Assembly (NCBI GenBank): GCA_905178155.1
Contig: CAJINV010000001.1
Location: 15,500,142 to 15,564,141, forward strand
Direction: 5' to 3'
Length of the DNA stretch: 64,000 nt
Origin: Amoebophrya sp. A120
Lineage: Eukaryota > Protista > Dinoflagellata
The notes under the pieces are model-generated. The model was given only the letters and a program-made list of their open reading frames with translations, searched no databases and was not told the DNA's origin. How positions within the stretch are numbered: the stretch's first letter is position 1; each line of letters begins with the position of its first letter. The position numbers and the translations under genes are program-made. Positions 11,501 through 23,791 of this stretch are shown here, piece by piece.

Positions 11501-14500
11501 CTTTTTTTTCGATTGCGCATATCCGCTGGCCTGCTAGTTGTAGCCTTTTTCTCTGCGATAGACGAGAACCACGACGGGCACTGGAGTGAAACGGAATTGC
11601 GCGACCATCAGAACGCATTGCTCGCCGCAGCTCCTGGTTCATCAGAACAAGACTTCGACAACGAGGAGACTCTGAAAGCGGCAGTTGGGCGGTATGATGA
11701 CCTCATGTTCAATATCCTGAGCAAAAACGTCCCCACTCCATAGTCAAGATGGGAAATTTGCTAGACACATCAGCCAACTTTGGGTGTTGCGCATGACAAG
11801 TTGTTTGGCCTCGTAAGGTAATCGCGTTCCTAGCAAGTTCAGCAGCGTCACAGATCTAGTATATAATGCTGACTGGAGCATGACGATGTTGGCAAGTTCC
11901 AAAACACGACTAGAAAATGCTTCTCATGCTGCATGGGGCTCAGCATGAGAAACATTTTCAGCATGCAGATTTGCATTTTTAATGCAAATCTGCATGCTGA
12001 AAATGTCTCCGCCCCATAATTGTAATACAAGTATGGGGTGGAGACGTTTTTTCTTGGGATATTCGAGTATGAACGAAAACCACTCGGCATGGTAACCAGC
12101 TGGAAGCACCACAATTCCGCGGTAGAAGGTGACGTGGGTTCGACTAATATCAACTTCAATGACGGCATTGACGAGAATATCCAAGGAAGAAAGTGTTACA
12201 GTCATACATTTGTAGCGAATTGTTCAGCATGACTAATTGTAATTTGCCTCGCATGACGGAGAAAACTAAAACTTGTAATGCAGAGCAGATCCTAAGGCAA
12301 AAGAAAACACAGACACCCACGAAACGAGACTCGCAAGCATTTTGCGCATGACAGAAATCGTCTGCCTTGAAGATGCTGGTCTTGCAACACAATAACTGTA
12401 ACACTTTTTTCTTTTCATAAAGAAGGAGCTGGACATACTGAAAAGCAAGGGAACCCCGGAAGATCAGCAGTACTGGGCCATGATTGGGGGATACATTGAA
12501 CGAGAGGGCGGGGGCATGGACCAGGACGGCCTCGACGATGATGATATGAACAAGCTCACGGCGGTATCGTAAGGAAAAATCCCCCCTCCCCATTTCGAGA
12601 AGGAAATTTGTGATGCTGATTTGTGACGACCACAAATCAGCTTTGTCTTGCGTACAAGGCAACCGGCACCCATGTGGCGCATTGTACAGCGAGCGTTTTC
12701 GCCTATGGCAGACTTGTTTGCCATGCTCAGCTGCTAGCCGGATGCGTACGCAAATGGGCTGAGAATATTTATCATGCCGGAAAGCTCTTGCTGCAATACA
12801 GAGCTCATTTGTGATGTACCTACAGGTACACAAATCCAGCAACACAAATTGTCTTTTGGGTATGGGGTGGGGCGTGGGGGCGTTTCTCCTGTTGATAGGC
12901 GGACATGGGGGAGAAACTGAAACACGCAAACGAAATACTGACCCCCGAGGAACACGAATACTTCAACGGGCTGCGGGACGCCGATGGGCAGCTCTCGCAT
13001 GAGGAGATGATGATGATCCAAAACCAAGTGCTGAATAACGGAGACATGGACGCAGCGTACCGGCATAACAACTTCGATTTAGGGACCGTTTCCGCGTGGA
13101 CCAGCGACCTCACCGTCGCAGAGAAAACAGAACTGATGAATGCAGACAAGGACTTTGACGGGGTCCTGAGTCCCAAGGAGATGGAAGGTACGGTATCCAA
13201 GAAAAAAACATTGTAGGTGTAACTTTTTTGCAGGAACAGCATTACAAATGTGTGTGGCATGACAGCAAAAACCTGTCATGCGCAGATAGTACGTGAATGT
13301 GAAAACGCACTTTAATGGACCCTACGATGCATGCCAAGCATGACAGACGCAAGCATCTTGCATGTTGAGCATCACAAGTTTACACGTAACAACGTTTTTT
13401 TCTATCTTGCATATACGGAGTACTTCGAGCATTACAAGCATCTTCATGAGCATGCGACCGCGCAAGGGGCGATCGACAATCTCAAGCATGGGCACCTCAC
13501 GATGCTGGGCACGGGGATAAAAAACGGGTTGATTGTTTCCGCCGGCGCGAGTGGTGTCGGCCTCGCGGCAACTGCAGGGGGTTTTCTTCTTAACGGCCGC
13601 ATGATCGGGCAGAAGAAAAACAGCGGTCAGATGCGCAAGAAGACTTCCAGCGACAATAATAAAGATCTGGGGCCGATCTTCCGCGACGAGAAAGTTGAAG
13701 ATGTTGTTCCCGCCACGGCACAAGCCCAAGCCGTTGTTGATACGGAAGAAGCAGCCAGAAGTTCGGTCCGTCCCACCGACTCGTTCGCAGGAGGAGCTTA
13801 TCCTGTGCAAAAGTATCGTGCTCGTAGTAAAAATAGCAATAATAAATCTCTTTCATCTCGAGGTAGAGAAATTTCATTTCTAATGCTGAACAAATTTGTA
13901 TTATGCGACTCTCCGAACCCCGATTACAGTGGGGGGAAGAGTTAGCAGGCAGTGTCATCCCGGGCGTCCGTTCCACCGCAGACGTGAATGTGAGGGACCG
14001 TGCAAAGGAGGAATTGCACATTTGAGCAAGGACCTGGGGGTTGTATCTCCAACTGCAAACACGCAACCCAATGAGTTCAAATCCAGCGGGCGCATGCTAA
14101 ACGAACACAAGAGGAAGAACGAAGTTTTGAGGACGACGAGAAAAGCAGAAGCCATAGCCATCCTTCTACGTCGTTATTAAGACTTTTATATGCCTTTTGT
14201 CAGTAATTTTTATAAAAAAAAAAAAAAATTTGTATTATGCGACTATTACTGGTGCGATGCTTTTGCATTTCATAGAGCTGCAGCTGGTACTACACGACCA
14301 AGTGTCGACAGCGCGACGACGACCACTGCTGCCGATACAACAAGTGCATCTACCTCACCGGATGCGGACGCGGCTCTGGCGGCCTTGACTCCGCAAGACG
14401 CCGCCGCGGCGACTTCTTCTGCGGAACATCGAGAGGCTGAGCTGGTGGAACAAGAGGACGAAAAGGAACAGCTGCAGCTGCAACCAGCACCAGTGAAAAT

Positions 14501-17500
14501 CCCACCTCCCGCAGTGGGGGTTGCAGGAGAAGCACATGTGTTCAACACCACTGCTGACGAACCGGAACCAACGTCGATGATTCCAGATGAAGATGAAGCT
14601 GTGGCTGTAGTTTCTCCAGCGCGCGAACAATTGAAAGTCGATGATGAAGTTGTGCCTGCTAGTACAGCAGCTACATCAGCAGCAGGACAGGGACCAAACG
14701 TCGAGCAGTTGAAAATGGAGGCTTCGGCAACTGGTGTGACCCCGACCCAGGTGGAAGTTCCCAGCAACACAGGTGCAGCCCCGCCGACTGTGACCCTGAC
14801 AACGCAGGTGCCCGGCGTGGCAGCAGCTGCAGCAGCGCCGCAAGATCTTCCTGTTGAAAGTGTGCGGGGGTCGATGGAGGACGAGGTTGCGGCGTTGCGC
14901 GAGAAAGAACACAGACAGCAGGAAGTGCAGCACGAGCTTGAAGTCGCCCGATCGATCTCAGGGGCCGGGGAAACCGAAACCTCCGAAAGAATGACGCGGC
15001 GCGAGGAAGAAGAAGCAATCGCTCCTGAAGATGTTCTGGTCGAGGATGAGCACATGGTACAAGAAAAGCCCGAAGCGGGGATGAAGGGCTTGTCGACGAT
15101 GATAAGTGATGAAAAGGACAGCACCAGCACATCTCCACCCGAACAAGATGTTACCTTTGCAGCAGACATGACAGGTGGTCTGCCGCCTCCTGTCGCTGCT
15201 GCTGCTGCCGGAGAGTCGTCCGAGGAGCAGGAAATAAACCAGCTAGTGCAGCAACCGGAAGCCGGTACGACCCTGGCCAAAAGCTCACCATCGTCCATCT
15301 CGCCGTTATCGGGGGCCGACGAGGAAACGATTCCACACCGCGCAGCGGACACGACACCCGCATTCCAGCAAGCCGGGGAAGGGGCAACTTTGACAGAGCA
15401 AAGTACTTCTACTTCTTCTACTGGCAGTGCAGGCGAGGAGCAGCAGCAGCTTGAAGGTGGTCGAGTTGTTCCTGGTGGTCGTGTTGCTGCTCATGAACAA
15501 TCTTCACAACCGCCTACGCCTTTCAGTGCGGAGCCCCTCGACGTGGCGTCAGACGTGAAACAACCGCAAACAACAGGCGCAGGAGGAGACTCAGGTGGAC
15601 ATGGAGAAACCGACGCAGATGCTGAAGAAACGCCAATGCCTTCCAGTCCCGAACACAATGATGAACCAGCTCCACCTGCTCCAGCTGCCGTGAACCACAG
15701 CAAACCGCGGCTCCGTGGGACACTGCAAGCCCAAGCACAACAGCAGATGGCCGAGTCCCCCGACGAGAGAAGTGCAAGTACATCTTCTTCGACAATGGAT
15801 AGAACAGGAAGTGTTGATGATGTTAATGATCCAGAGCCTAAGCGTGCTGAAGCGCTGGACGGCGCAGGGCCACAGCAGTACCCAGGACTAGAGTACAGCC
15901 CTGAAGATCCCGCTAGCGCGCCACTGGAACATCGTGAGGTCGTGCCGACAGCACCTGCTGCCAGTGCAGCTTCTTTGCCCACCCCACGGCTGCGTGGGTC
16001 GCTCAACTCTGCTCCCAAGATGATGCCCGTGGAGGACCATCGCAGCAGTGAAACGGTCCAGGAAGGAGCTGCGCTGCAGCCAAGAGGCGAAATGAATCCC
16101 ATCATACCAGGTGGACACTACGACGGGATCGGCGGGCGAACAGAAACTAGTACCGGCGAAACTGCACCGAGACCACAAGCACTCCCTCCGGATACACCAC
16201 CTGAGCGAGGTTCCGGCTCCGATTTTGATTCATTTCCAGAACAAAAATCCTCATCGTCCGTGTCTCAGGACGGCGCCGCGCCGCGTCCGAACCCCGAGCA
16301 AAAGCTTGCAGCGATAACGAGCGCGAATGCCGCGGCAGCCGCGCAGATGGATCCCCGGGTTCGGGCTCAGATGCTCGCGATGGCACACGCCAGAGCCGGC
16401 GCTGCTGGTGCCGGTGCTGGACCGCAAATGGATCCGGCGCAGGCTTTTGCTTTGAGCATGCGTGGCGCTCCTCGAGCCGGCGCAAGTACTGCAGGAGACC
16501 TCACAGCCGGTGCACCAGGGATGATTCCACGCGGCAATAAATCGCCACTGGATGCGGACGATGCGAAACTACTTGCGTTGCAGCAGCAGCGCCAAGAACT
16601 CATGGTCAGAATGATGGCCGCAAAAGCTGCCGCTGCGCCAGCAAGAAGTGGTGCTGCGTCTTCGTCGAGTGCTGAGCCTGAGGCAGGAGAAGCCGCAGTA
16701 GAGCCAAGTAGTTTCTTGCAAGCGTCGTTTTCGCACGATAGCACCGTTGTGGAACAAACAACAACAAACCCGCCAGGCGAGGACAGCATCCTCACGAAAG
16801 CAGCCCGCGTTGACGAGAACCGTTTTTCTAACACTATCACTATCATGACCAACGAGACGAACTACACGACGCAGACACTGCACGGGAAATCGGGAGCCTC
16901 AAAATCATCCGCATCGAGTGAACAAGCTAAAGTCGCGCCGCGCACGAACGGTGTCCCTTCTACCAGCATTTGGACGGATCACAAAGAAACAAGCAGGCTC
17001 GTGGAGGGCCGCGCGGCTGACTCACAGCACGCAGGGCGGGGGACCGCGATGAAAGATCTTCGTCCACCGCCGACGTCCTACCAAGATCCGTGGCTGCAGC
17101 AGTGGCGGAAGTTGCGCGACTTCAAAACCCAGCTGGCGGAACACGAGAGTGGCGTTGTGGTTCTGTTTTTTCTCTTGTGCGGCTTCCTCGGAACCGTCGT
17201 GGGAGCGATTTTGGTGTTCACCCGAGGAGGGTGCCCGGGCGGGTGCAAGGGTAGACGGAACAACACTCTAAACAAGGACTCTGTTTTTGCTGATGGACGT
17301 GATACCGATGATGGGGAAGAAGATGGACCGGCAACAGTGGGAGCAGCAGCGTCTTCAGCTCTTTCAACCTCCAGAACATTCATCTCCGGCGCTAGCATCT
17401 CGTCCTCAGCTTGCTACGACTCGACTCGTTGCGCCCGCCATGATTTCATTGCCGGGAGCCACGACAGGAGCATCGCGCCCAGCAGAGACATCGCGCCACG

Positions 17501-18032
17501 AAATGCTCGTATTGCCAGTGCGTTAGATGACCAGCAAGGCCCAAGTAGAACTAGAAGTAGTACAACTCCTTTCGCCTCGCTGCGATACAGCGAGCTAGAT
17601 CTTCGGGTCGTTGGTTCCGCGTCAACGTACGGAACCCAGCTGCGTACCAGCGACACCAGCTTAGGAGCGACGGCATCTTCATCCTCCTCCACCGACCGGA
17701 ATAAAACGTTTACAGCAGTTCTTCAGGATGCCTTTTCCTCCGCGAAGCTGTGGCGACAGCGGGCGAGTACGACCGTTTCTGATGCTGTTTCTATTCGCAA
17801 ACTGTCCCTCTTCCGCCGGGATGAAGACTTCGACGGGGGACTTGAAACTGATCTTACTACTTCCTCGTCGGAGGAAGAAGAAGAAGACCTTCGCACGGAA
17901 GCAATGGAAAGACCGTCCGACAGCCCACACCGCAGCATGTTCATGCAAGGTAGCGCTTCAAGCGCAGCACCAGCATCACAGGCGTTTAGCGACCGCCAAC
18001 ATCAAGAAGGCGCTGTGGTTGACGACGAATGA
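5519..18032 (+). CDS. Large multi-exon type I membrane/surface protein with multiple EF-hand-like loops and low-complexity regions
   Basis: Hydrophobic N-terminus (alternative ATG 5621). GT-AG introns 5992-6170 and 7181-8863. Then 11 TAT..ATA introners between 8910 and 14274, whose removal (+5 nt) gives a continuous frame with DVDHDGFVT(QK/RE)E, DENHDGHWSETE and DKDFDGVLSPKE. Terminal exon ~14275-18032 has TM segment VVVLFFLLCGFLGTVVGAILVF. Confidence 0.75.
7412..8579. repeat. 58-bp direct repeats (7412-7469, 8522-8579) enclosing a GC-rich array of ~42-bp palindromes
   Basis: GTTG(G/T)AGTCGAGAC(A/G)TTGAGGTGGAGCACTATGATTTTTAGCATGAAAGTCACGTAGC occurs twice, 1110 bp apart. GACCAAATCG..CGATTTGGTC hairpin units at 8257, 8330, 8403 and 8476 (73-bp period), with degenerate copies from ~7790. 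Lies within GT-AG intron 7181-8863. Confidence 0.9.
8910..9173. mobile_element. TAT..ATA introner (MITE-like non-canonical intron)
   Basis: TIR TATCCTACAGAAAAG / CTTTTCTGTAGGATA. Flanks CGCGA / CAGAA are degenerate. Removal +5 nt gives EF-hand DVDHDGFVT(QK/RE)ELEK. Confidence 0.8.
9263..9706. mobile_element. Introner with degenerate ends (TAC..ATT), homologous to 11713-12061
   Basis: TIR CTGAGTAAAAACGTCCCCACC / GGTGGGGACGTTTTTACACAG. Flanks CTCAT / CTTGT. Removal +5 nt gives HQL(I/V)PDEEQ. Confidence 0.75.
9793..9905. mobile_element. TAT..ATA introner, short (113 bp)
   Basis: TIR TATTCCCTGAAAATTAACCA / TGGTTGATTTTCAGAGAATA. TSD AAGGA / GAGGA. Joins SQK(K/E)DVVDYL. Confidence 0.85.
9956..10564. 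mobile_element. TAT..ATA introner (outer element, contains a nested introner); inverted homolog of the LSm8 introner
   Basis: Left end TATGGCAGTGCCAGGATCAAAATCGACAAA. Right end TTTGTTGATATCAA[insert]GCCTGACGCTTCCATA. TSD CCCAT / CCCAC. Joins TIVEP(T/M)VYDDKK. Confidence 0.85.
10309..10543. mobile_element. Nested TAT..ATA element (235 bp), homologous to 27362-27597
   Basis: ~50-bp TIR TATGG(C/G)GTTCTCAA..GTTACATTCTCAGCTGTTACATGA. Perfect TSD ATCAA (10304-10308, 10544-10548). Inserted in the right TIR of element 9956-10564. Confidence 0.92.
10980..11232. mobile_element. TAT..ATA introner
   Basis: TIR TATGACAGTGCACAACTCC(T/A)CCTCCCC. Perfect TSD CGATC. Joins KIDD-PEKRFQF. Confidence 0.92.
11350..11560. 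mobile_element. TAT..ATA introner
   Basis: Degenerate TIR TATCCCAGTGGAGAAAA / TTTTTCTCTGCGATA. TSD GACGG / GACGA. Joins LFDAD(E/G)NHDGHWSETE. Confidence 0.78.
11713..12061. mobile_element. TAT..ATA introner, homologous to 9263-9706
   Basis: ~30-bp TIR TATCCTGAGCAAAAACGTCCCCACTCCATA / TATGGGGTGGAGACGTTTTTTCTTGGGATA. TSD TTCAA / TTCGA. Joins DDLMF(E/K)YERK. Confidence 0.88.
12178..12419. mobile_element. TAT..ATA introner
   Basis: TIR TATCCAAGGAAGAAAGTGTTACAGT / ACTGTAACACTTTTTTCTTTTCATA. TSD GAGAA / AAGAA. Joins NDGID(E/K)KELDIL. Confidence 0.85.
12565..12897. mobile_element. TAT..ATA introner
   Basis: Imperfect TIR TATCGTAAGGAAAAATCCCCC / GGGGGCGTTTCTCCTGTTGATA. Perfect TSD GGCGG. Joins NKLTA-DMGEKL. 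Confidence 0.87.
13194..13413. mobile_element. TAT..ATA introner
   Basis: TIR TATCCAAGAAAAAAACATTG / CAACGTTTTTTTCTATCTTGCATA. Perfect TSD TACGG. Joins KEMEGT-EYFEHY. Confidence 0.88.
13799..14274. mobile_element. TAT..ATA introner carrying a poly(A) retro-insertion
   Basis: TIR TATCCTGTGCAAAAGTATCG / CGATGCTTTTGCATTTCATA. Perfect TSD GAGCT. Joins FAGGA-AAGTT. Confidence 0.87.
13911..14225 (+). mobile_element. 5'-truncated retroposed fragment (LINE 3' end or retrocopy)
   Basis: 19-bp duplication AAATTTGTATTATGCGACT (13892-13910, 14226-14244). Open frame ends in TAA at 14180, followed by a short T-rich tail and an A15 run (14214-14228). Confidence 0.75.
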
Positions 18033-20215
18033 AGAGAGACCGAATTATCTGTGAAGACTTTGTTTGGTCATTTCTAAATTTTCTACTACATAAGATCTAG
18101 AGGTTGAGAGAGTTAGTAGATGTAGAAGAACCGTCGAAGAAGATGAAAAGCAAAAGTACTGCAGCACAATGAATACCTTGCGCTTGCTAGTGCTGTAGCT
18201 GTTGTAGCTCATCCTGTGATGAAGAAGCATGATACTGATACACAACAAGCCAAGAAGGCGATGCTTGGTCACGAGGACCAAAGTGAAAAAATCTCAAATT
18301 CAATATTACGAAACGAATTCGGTCGCGGAGGTGCTCGAGGACCAAATTATACCAAATGGCATTTAGATTTAGTTCCAGTACCGAAAAAAGTTTTATCTTT
18401 TTTGATCATTTAACAACGTTTCAATATCAGAAGTTTCAATTTCCTAGAATGTAACAACGCGAATTAAACCGCTGGCACAGTGAAGCGGCTAAATACAAAG
18501 CAAATTTTACTAGAACTACCAAAGGACAAACGTACGATGCTTAGATGCCGATAAGGACACCTAAGATTGAGAATTCCAAATACCCAAAAAGAGCTTCTTT
18601 GCAACCCGCAATGATTTGTTTCACTCTGTATCCGCGCAAGCTGCTTGGGCTTTATTTATCGAATGCTAATATACCAATCCGAAATTGAAAACGATATACA
18701 ATTACAAGCTGTATAAAATGAATATTCTGACGATGCCAGTCCTAAAATTTTTCGTTTCTTGACGCCGACGATTTTGAGTAGAGCGACCCTGGCTGTTGGC
18801 ACGACGATGTTGGTGCCTTCTCCTGTAGCTGGGAGCAAGGAGAAGACTCCGAACAAAGAAAATCAAGAGTGACTCTGGGAGCATTGCGGTGGCCAGTTGT
18901 ATTAGCGAGGAGCTGGGATTGGCCCAATCCGGACGAGATTTATTGTACAATATGCCATTGCCAACAGCTCCATCTTGATTACCGTCAACGAACAAATTAA
19001 TAAACGAAATTAATGTTTTCCTTTGTTTCGTGACTTCGACATTCGACTCAGACTCTGAAATTGACTTGAGTAACTGTACACCACAAGAATGAAGATAGGG
19101 ACCAAAGGACGAAGCAGGAATGTAAGCCAGATACTTAAAGTCTCCTGTACATAGATAGATGAAAATTTGCAACCTCTTACTCTTTACCGGGCGCAAGGTC
19201 TTCATCGACCCAGGGTATGGGGCCACGGTGCGCCGATGATCCGAAAATCAACTGCCGCGGCGAGACCCATTCGTTATTCTTCTGTTCCAGCAGTGGTCAG
19301 TGCTACTGGTAAGGTCACGACGCTTTGCGCGAGGATGCCTGTCGCGCCTATTTTGCCACTCCACCGCACATCAATTACGTAGTATGTACGTGTCGCAGCT
19401 CTGGTGTTCCTACACCAGAAAAACACAAGATCATAAAGCAAAATTTTGCAGAAGTAGCTTAACTTGAATTTGAAATAATTAGCTCACTTGATGTGGTTGG
19501 TGTGAAAATGAAATGAAATCGTGGATCAAAATTTATCGCACAACATCGAGATCAAGCGATTATAGAGTATGTCAATGCCATTCGATTAGAACGATTTTTG
19601 CCAATCGAGAATGATGGAGTAGTTGTGGATAGTCCTCGGATGTTGATGTGGACGACGAGATAGAGAGGACAGATAGTGATGTGCATCAGATGCCGCGGAC
19701 CCAGGATGGGCAGTAGCCATTTTCTCACGTCGAGTTTCCCGCACTACTATGCATGTGTCTTCGAAGCAAGAAGAAAATGAACTGTTTTCCTTCACATCAT
19801 CCCCCACAGGACCTTGATATTGTGCACAGAACAGTTAAAACGGAGTTTCCTGATGAACATGAATAAGATCATTGAATTTTCTTTCTAGACAGTGGCAATG
19901 TCAATATGATCACACACGCATACTAGTGTTACCTCGTTATACGTGTGGGGGCGACGCCGGCGCTGCGCATATTTCACATACTTTTCGTTTTTTCGTCAGC
20001 AACTACATGGATTCAGCAGGCTTTTGTTCCTCGTGTGTTTTGAAAATCAACATGAGATCAAAGCTTCTCAAGTCCCCATGTAGCGCGCTCCCGCTTGCAG
20101 TTTGAGTTTGACATTTACCTTGCCGCAGCTTTTAGTTGAAGCAAATTGAGGGCGCATCATCTACACTGTTGTAGATTCTATCGGAGAATATCAATCAACA
20201 TCAAGCTACTTTAAA

Positions 20216-21994
20216 ATGAGTGGTGGACCGGTCGCAGTGCTTGAGAAAGCATGTGGTCTCCCGGGACCACAGCAAGCACGGTCGTATCGGAGCCGGTCGC
20301 GGGAACGGGGCGACGTCCAGGCTGCTCCCTCAGGGACTTCTGCCAAGAGACCTGCCATAAACGAAAATGATGAAGAAAATGGTGACGGACCAACACCGAA
20401 AATTGCGCGGCTCATAGTACCTTTGCCTCCCCGGTCGAACCAGACTCCCCACGTTGGCTCGTCGTCGGCCGCCTCAAGTAGTGCGAACAACAACCACAAG
20501 CGGCAGGAGGATCATTCCTCGGGGGTTGTGCCAACAACTACCGTGCCTCTTCCAGTGTTGGTACACCCGACCATATCCAGCTCCTCCAGCTCATCGGCAA
20601 CTACTGCTCAATACGCCAACGACAACAATGCTGGGCGCCAGGATATCAATTTTACATCTCAAAACAAAAATTGGCCTGGAACTACTGCGGGATCATATAA
20701 TCAGGGCAATAACTTTAACAACACCGCCAATTATGGGAATGGCAATAATAAGAAGGGATGGGTAGCGGACTGGCTCGAATACAGCAAGTTTGGCGACCCC
20801 GTGATAGACAAGTTCATACCCTTGAAGACCCCTTGCGACCCGCAGTTTGATAGCTGTATTCCCCAAGTCGAGCGTTTCTACTGCGCGGATTTCCTCGAGA
20901 TGCAGCGGCAACGAGGGCATGAGTTGTCGCTCATCGTAAACCTGGCGTTCACAAAGAAGTATTTACAACTTTTTGCGCTTTCTACTCTAGTACTTACTCG
21001 CGTAGTTTCTGTTGTGGATTGTTTGGTCTCTTCTTGGACAGCGCCACTGGGCCGTTTTTAGCGGATAGTCTCTTACCACGGAACAAAAATAGAAACAAAT
21101 ACTAGGACGTGCGGTTTGCATTAAGTATTCATCTCTAGTTCCACTACTCTCCACATCAGGTACTACTATTGGGACGCGGCCAAGATGGCGGACCTGGGTT
21201 TCGGCGACACCGAGTGGTGGCACTGCCCGATCGAAGGGCGCAAAGTCCCCCCAATCCGCGTCGTGAGCCAGGTGCTCGAGAAGTTGCATCGGTATGTGAC
21301 ACAATACCCCGACAAGAAGATCGCGATCCACTGCACGCATGGCGTGAACCGGACGGCGTTCTTCGTGATCGCGTACCTCCTCCGGTACGGGCACTTCGAG
21401 ACCATCGAGGAGGCGCAGCAACATTTCGAGACGCAGCGAGGCGAAAAGATGAAGCGCGACTATCTGCTGGACGGCTTGCATGAAATGCGGAGCCAAATAC
21501 TACCCAGAAGAGGCAGCAGCAGCGCCGACCACGACCACAAGGGGCGCGGACTAGCAGCTGCCCCCTTGGTGATGTCTAATACTAATACAGGGACGAACGA
21601 GCGCGGCAGGTGGCCTGAGAAGCGCGAGCACGAACGCCGCAGGGGTGGTAGCAATCACGCCGGAAATCATAATCATTTTCATGCCCGGAACAATTTATAC
21701 ACAGACGAGCGGGACCGAGAGAGAGACCACCGCAGGCACAACTACGGTGGTCGGAATGAAATGTCGGGCTCCAATGTTTACAACAATCCGAGCCAGCACC
21801 ACAGAGCTGCTTCGAGCTACGCCGGAAGTAGGTGGCGCGGGGCTTCCAGAAGTAACGGCTACAACAATGTTGCTGGTGTTGAGCAGCAGAACTATCAGCA
21901 TGGCTCTTCCAACTACAACAGGAACTACAACAATCATGGCGCCGATAATTCCAGCGCCTCGTCCCTTATGCGCATGGATCGTTATCGCCGATAG
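20216..21994 (+). CDS. DUSP11/PIR1- or capping-enzyme-type RNA triphosphatase (dual-specificity phosphatase fold)
   Basis: KFIPLKTP, LIVNLAFTKKYY (GT-AG intron 20959-21159) and catalytic IAIHCTHGVNRT. Confidence 0.85.
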
Positions 21995-23791
21995 GTGTGT
22001 ACTGAGACAACAATTGCGCACGAAAACTGCGGAGCTGCATCATATGCCTTACTGATATCATAGTATTCTGAGGTTTATCTTTATTTTTATCAAAACGGTC
22101 GTTTGTGTCTGTGTCTGTCACAGTTACTGTTTCCGTTTCGTACGCATTAGCGCTGCACGCCCGCGCCCCGGCTGATGCACATGGAAATCATGCGTCATCA
22201 AGAAGACATTTGGTTTTGGGCAGCAATGATCAAGTGCAGTAGACCAACATCTCGCGGGACGTCAGAATCATGAAGTAAAGGACAGAATGTGATAAAAGTA
22301 TGTGCATATGTTGAAGATTCTGCTTCAACGACTGAGAGCGACGCATTTAGACCTCCTTTTCCCTGCTATAGTCATGCGAGTTTAATGCAAAATAAAATCG
22401 CTTTTCTCCCCTTTATTTATCCGCTGTGTGACTTTCGTTCGTCATCGTCATCGAACTGCTTCGCCACCAGCTCTACTAGGTGACAGTCTTGTAAAATGCC
22501 CTCGCTTTTGCAACAGCATTCCTTTGCGAGTTTCTCTGACCCACCCCACCCCAGGACTTGCAACATTGCGCACGCCTTGTTCGTGCAAAAGCGAACCCCA
22601 CGACACGAAGTTCCATTATCGCGAATCAAGGCAAGAAGAAAATCCTAGCACGCGGCTCTGCGTAGAAAGCCATAAGTGGCCGGTTTCTATTGAAACGATT
22701 TGTCTCAGTAGCGTGAATTCGTTCGACTCCGCCCCATCATGTGTTCGAGGCTTATTTTGTGAACTTACTCAGGATGAAGATCGTCTGTCCATCTGGAAAA
22801 ATCTAGTTGAAAAGATTTATGTATATGTTGTGCGACAACCTCTACGCTACCTACAATCAACCATGCGTAGCTCATTCGTGCCTCTTCAGCACGACCACGA
22901 TCCCCATACATACGTTTTTTAGCAGAGGGAGTCGAAATTTTGATTTTCGTTCAACCACTTCAAAATGAACACATCGAATGACTCACTTCGTCCGATTTGA
23001 CATTTTGAATTGACGCTCAGGTTCGACAAATATGGAGCTACGTATTTCGTACACCATCACCAACATAAAAAAAAATTCGCAGCTCGTGCATGCTAAAGCT
23101 GCGGGTGTAGCTTTTGCTTTTGGTCCTCCTCGTGGTGCATGTATCTATAATCATGATCTAGGCGATCATTATTTCGCTCTCCCTGAACAGTGACTCCCAT
23201 TTCTCGAAGGTTGAGCACCCTATCTTTGTCCCCCGTTACTTTAACTTTCGTAAGATCTCTGAATAAAATATATCAATATCTCGTTTGCCTTTGCCTTTGC
23301 CACCTCTGAGGTGAGTAGCTAGAAGTCACAGTTCGTTTTTTATTTTCGTCTACAAAGCCCTAGCCCACCTGCTTATGCTTCTGACGTTGCACTCTTCCCA
23401 AGCTTGATTCTCACACAGATACTCAGTTCGATTTCTGGTTCTGTTGCCTGCGATACGCAAACACATGCACTTCTATTGTTGAAAAGATGAGCTGCTACAT
23501 GTTGAAGTTTCTTTGCGGTTTGGAATGAGTGGCTCCGGTCAAAATCGATAATTGACCAAGAAACTGACTTTTTGTTGCGATTAGATTGCGACGACAACGA
23601 CGCAGCTGGCGTGCTACAACGAACTACAACGGAGAAGATCCTTCATTACGGCCCGGTGGAAACGTCAATAACGCGACCTCAGAGACGCGAGCCTCGCTGA
23701 AGTCTCATCAGTGCAGCTATCAAGCACATCATTTACTGTGCGAACGGTTTGAATTCCATCTTCTTTCCGTTCCCGAACGACGATCGGATCG

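Noticed and set aside
18702-19226. 174-aa minus-strand ORF
   Set aside because: No recognisable motif and it lies in an AT-rich intergenic region against the gene block. A degraded element cannot be excluded.
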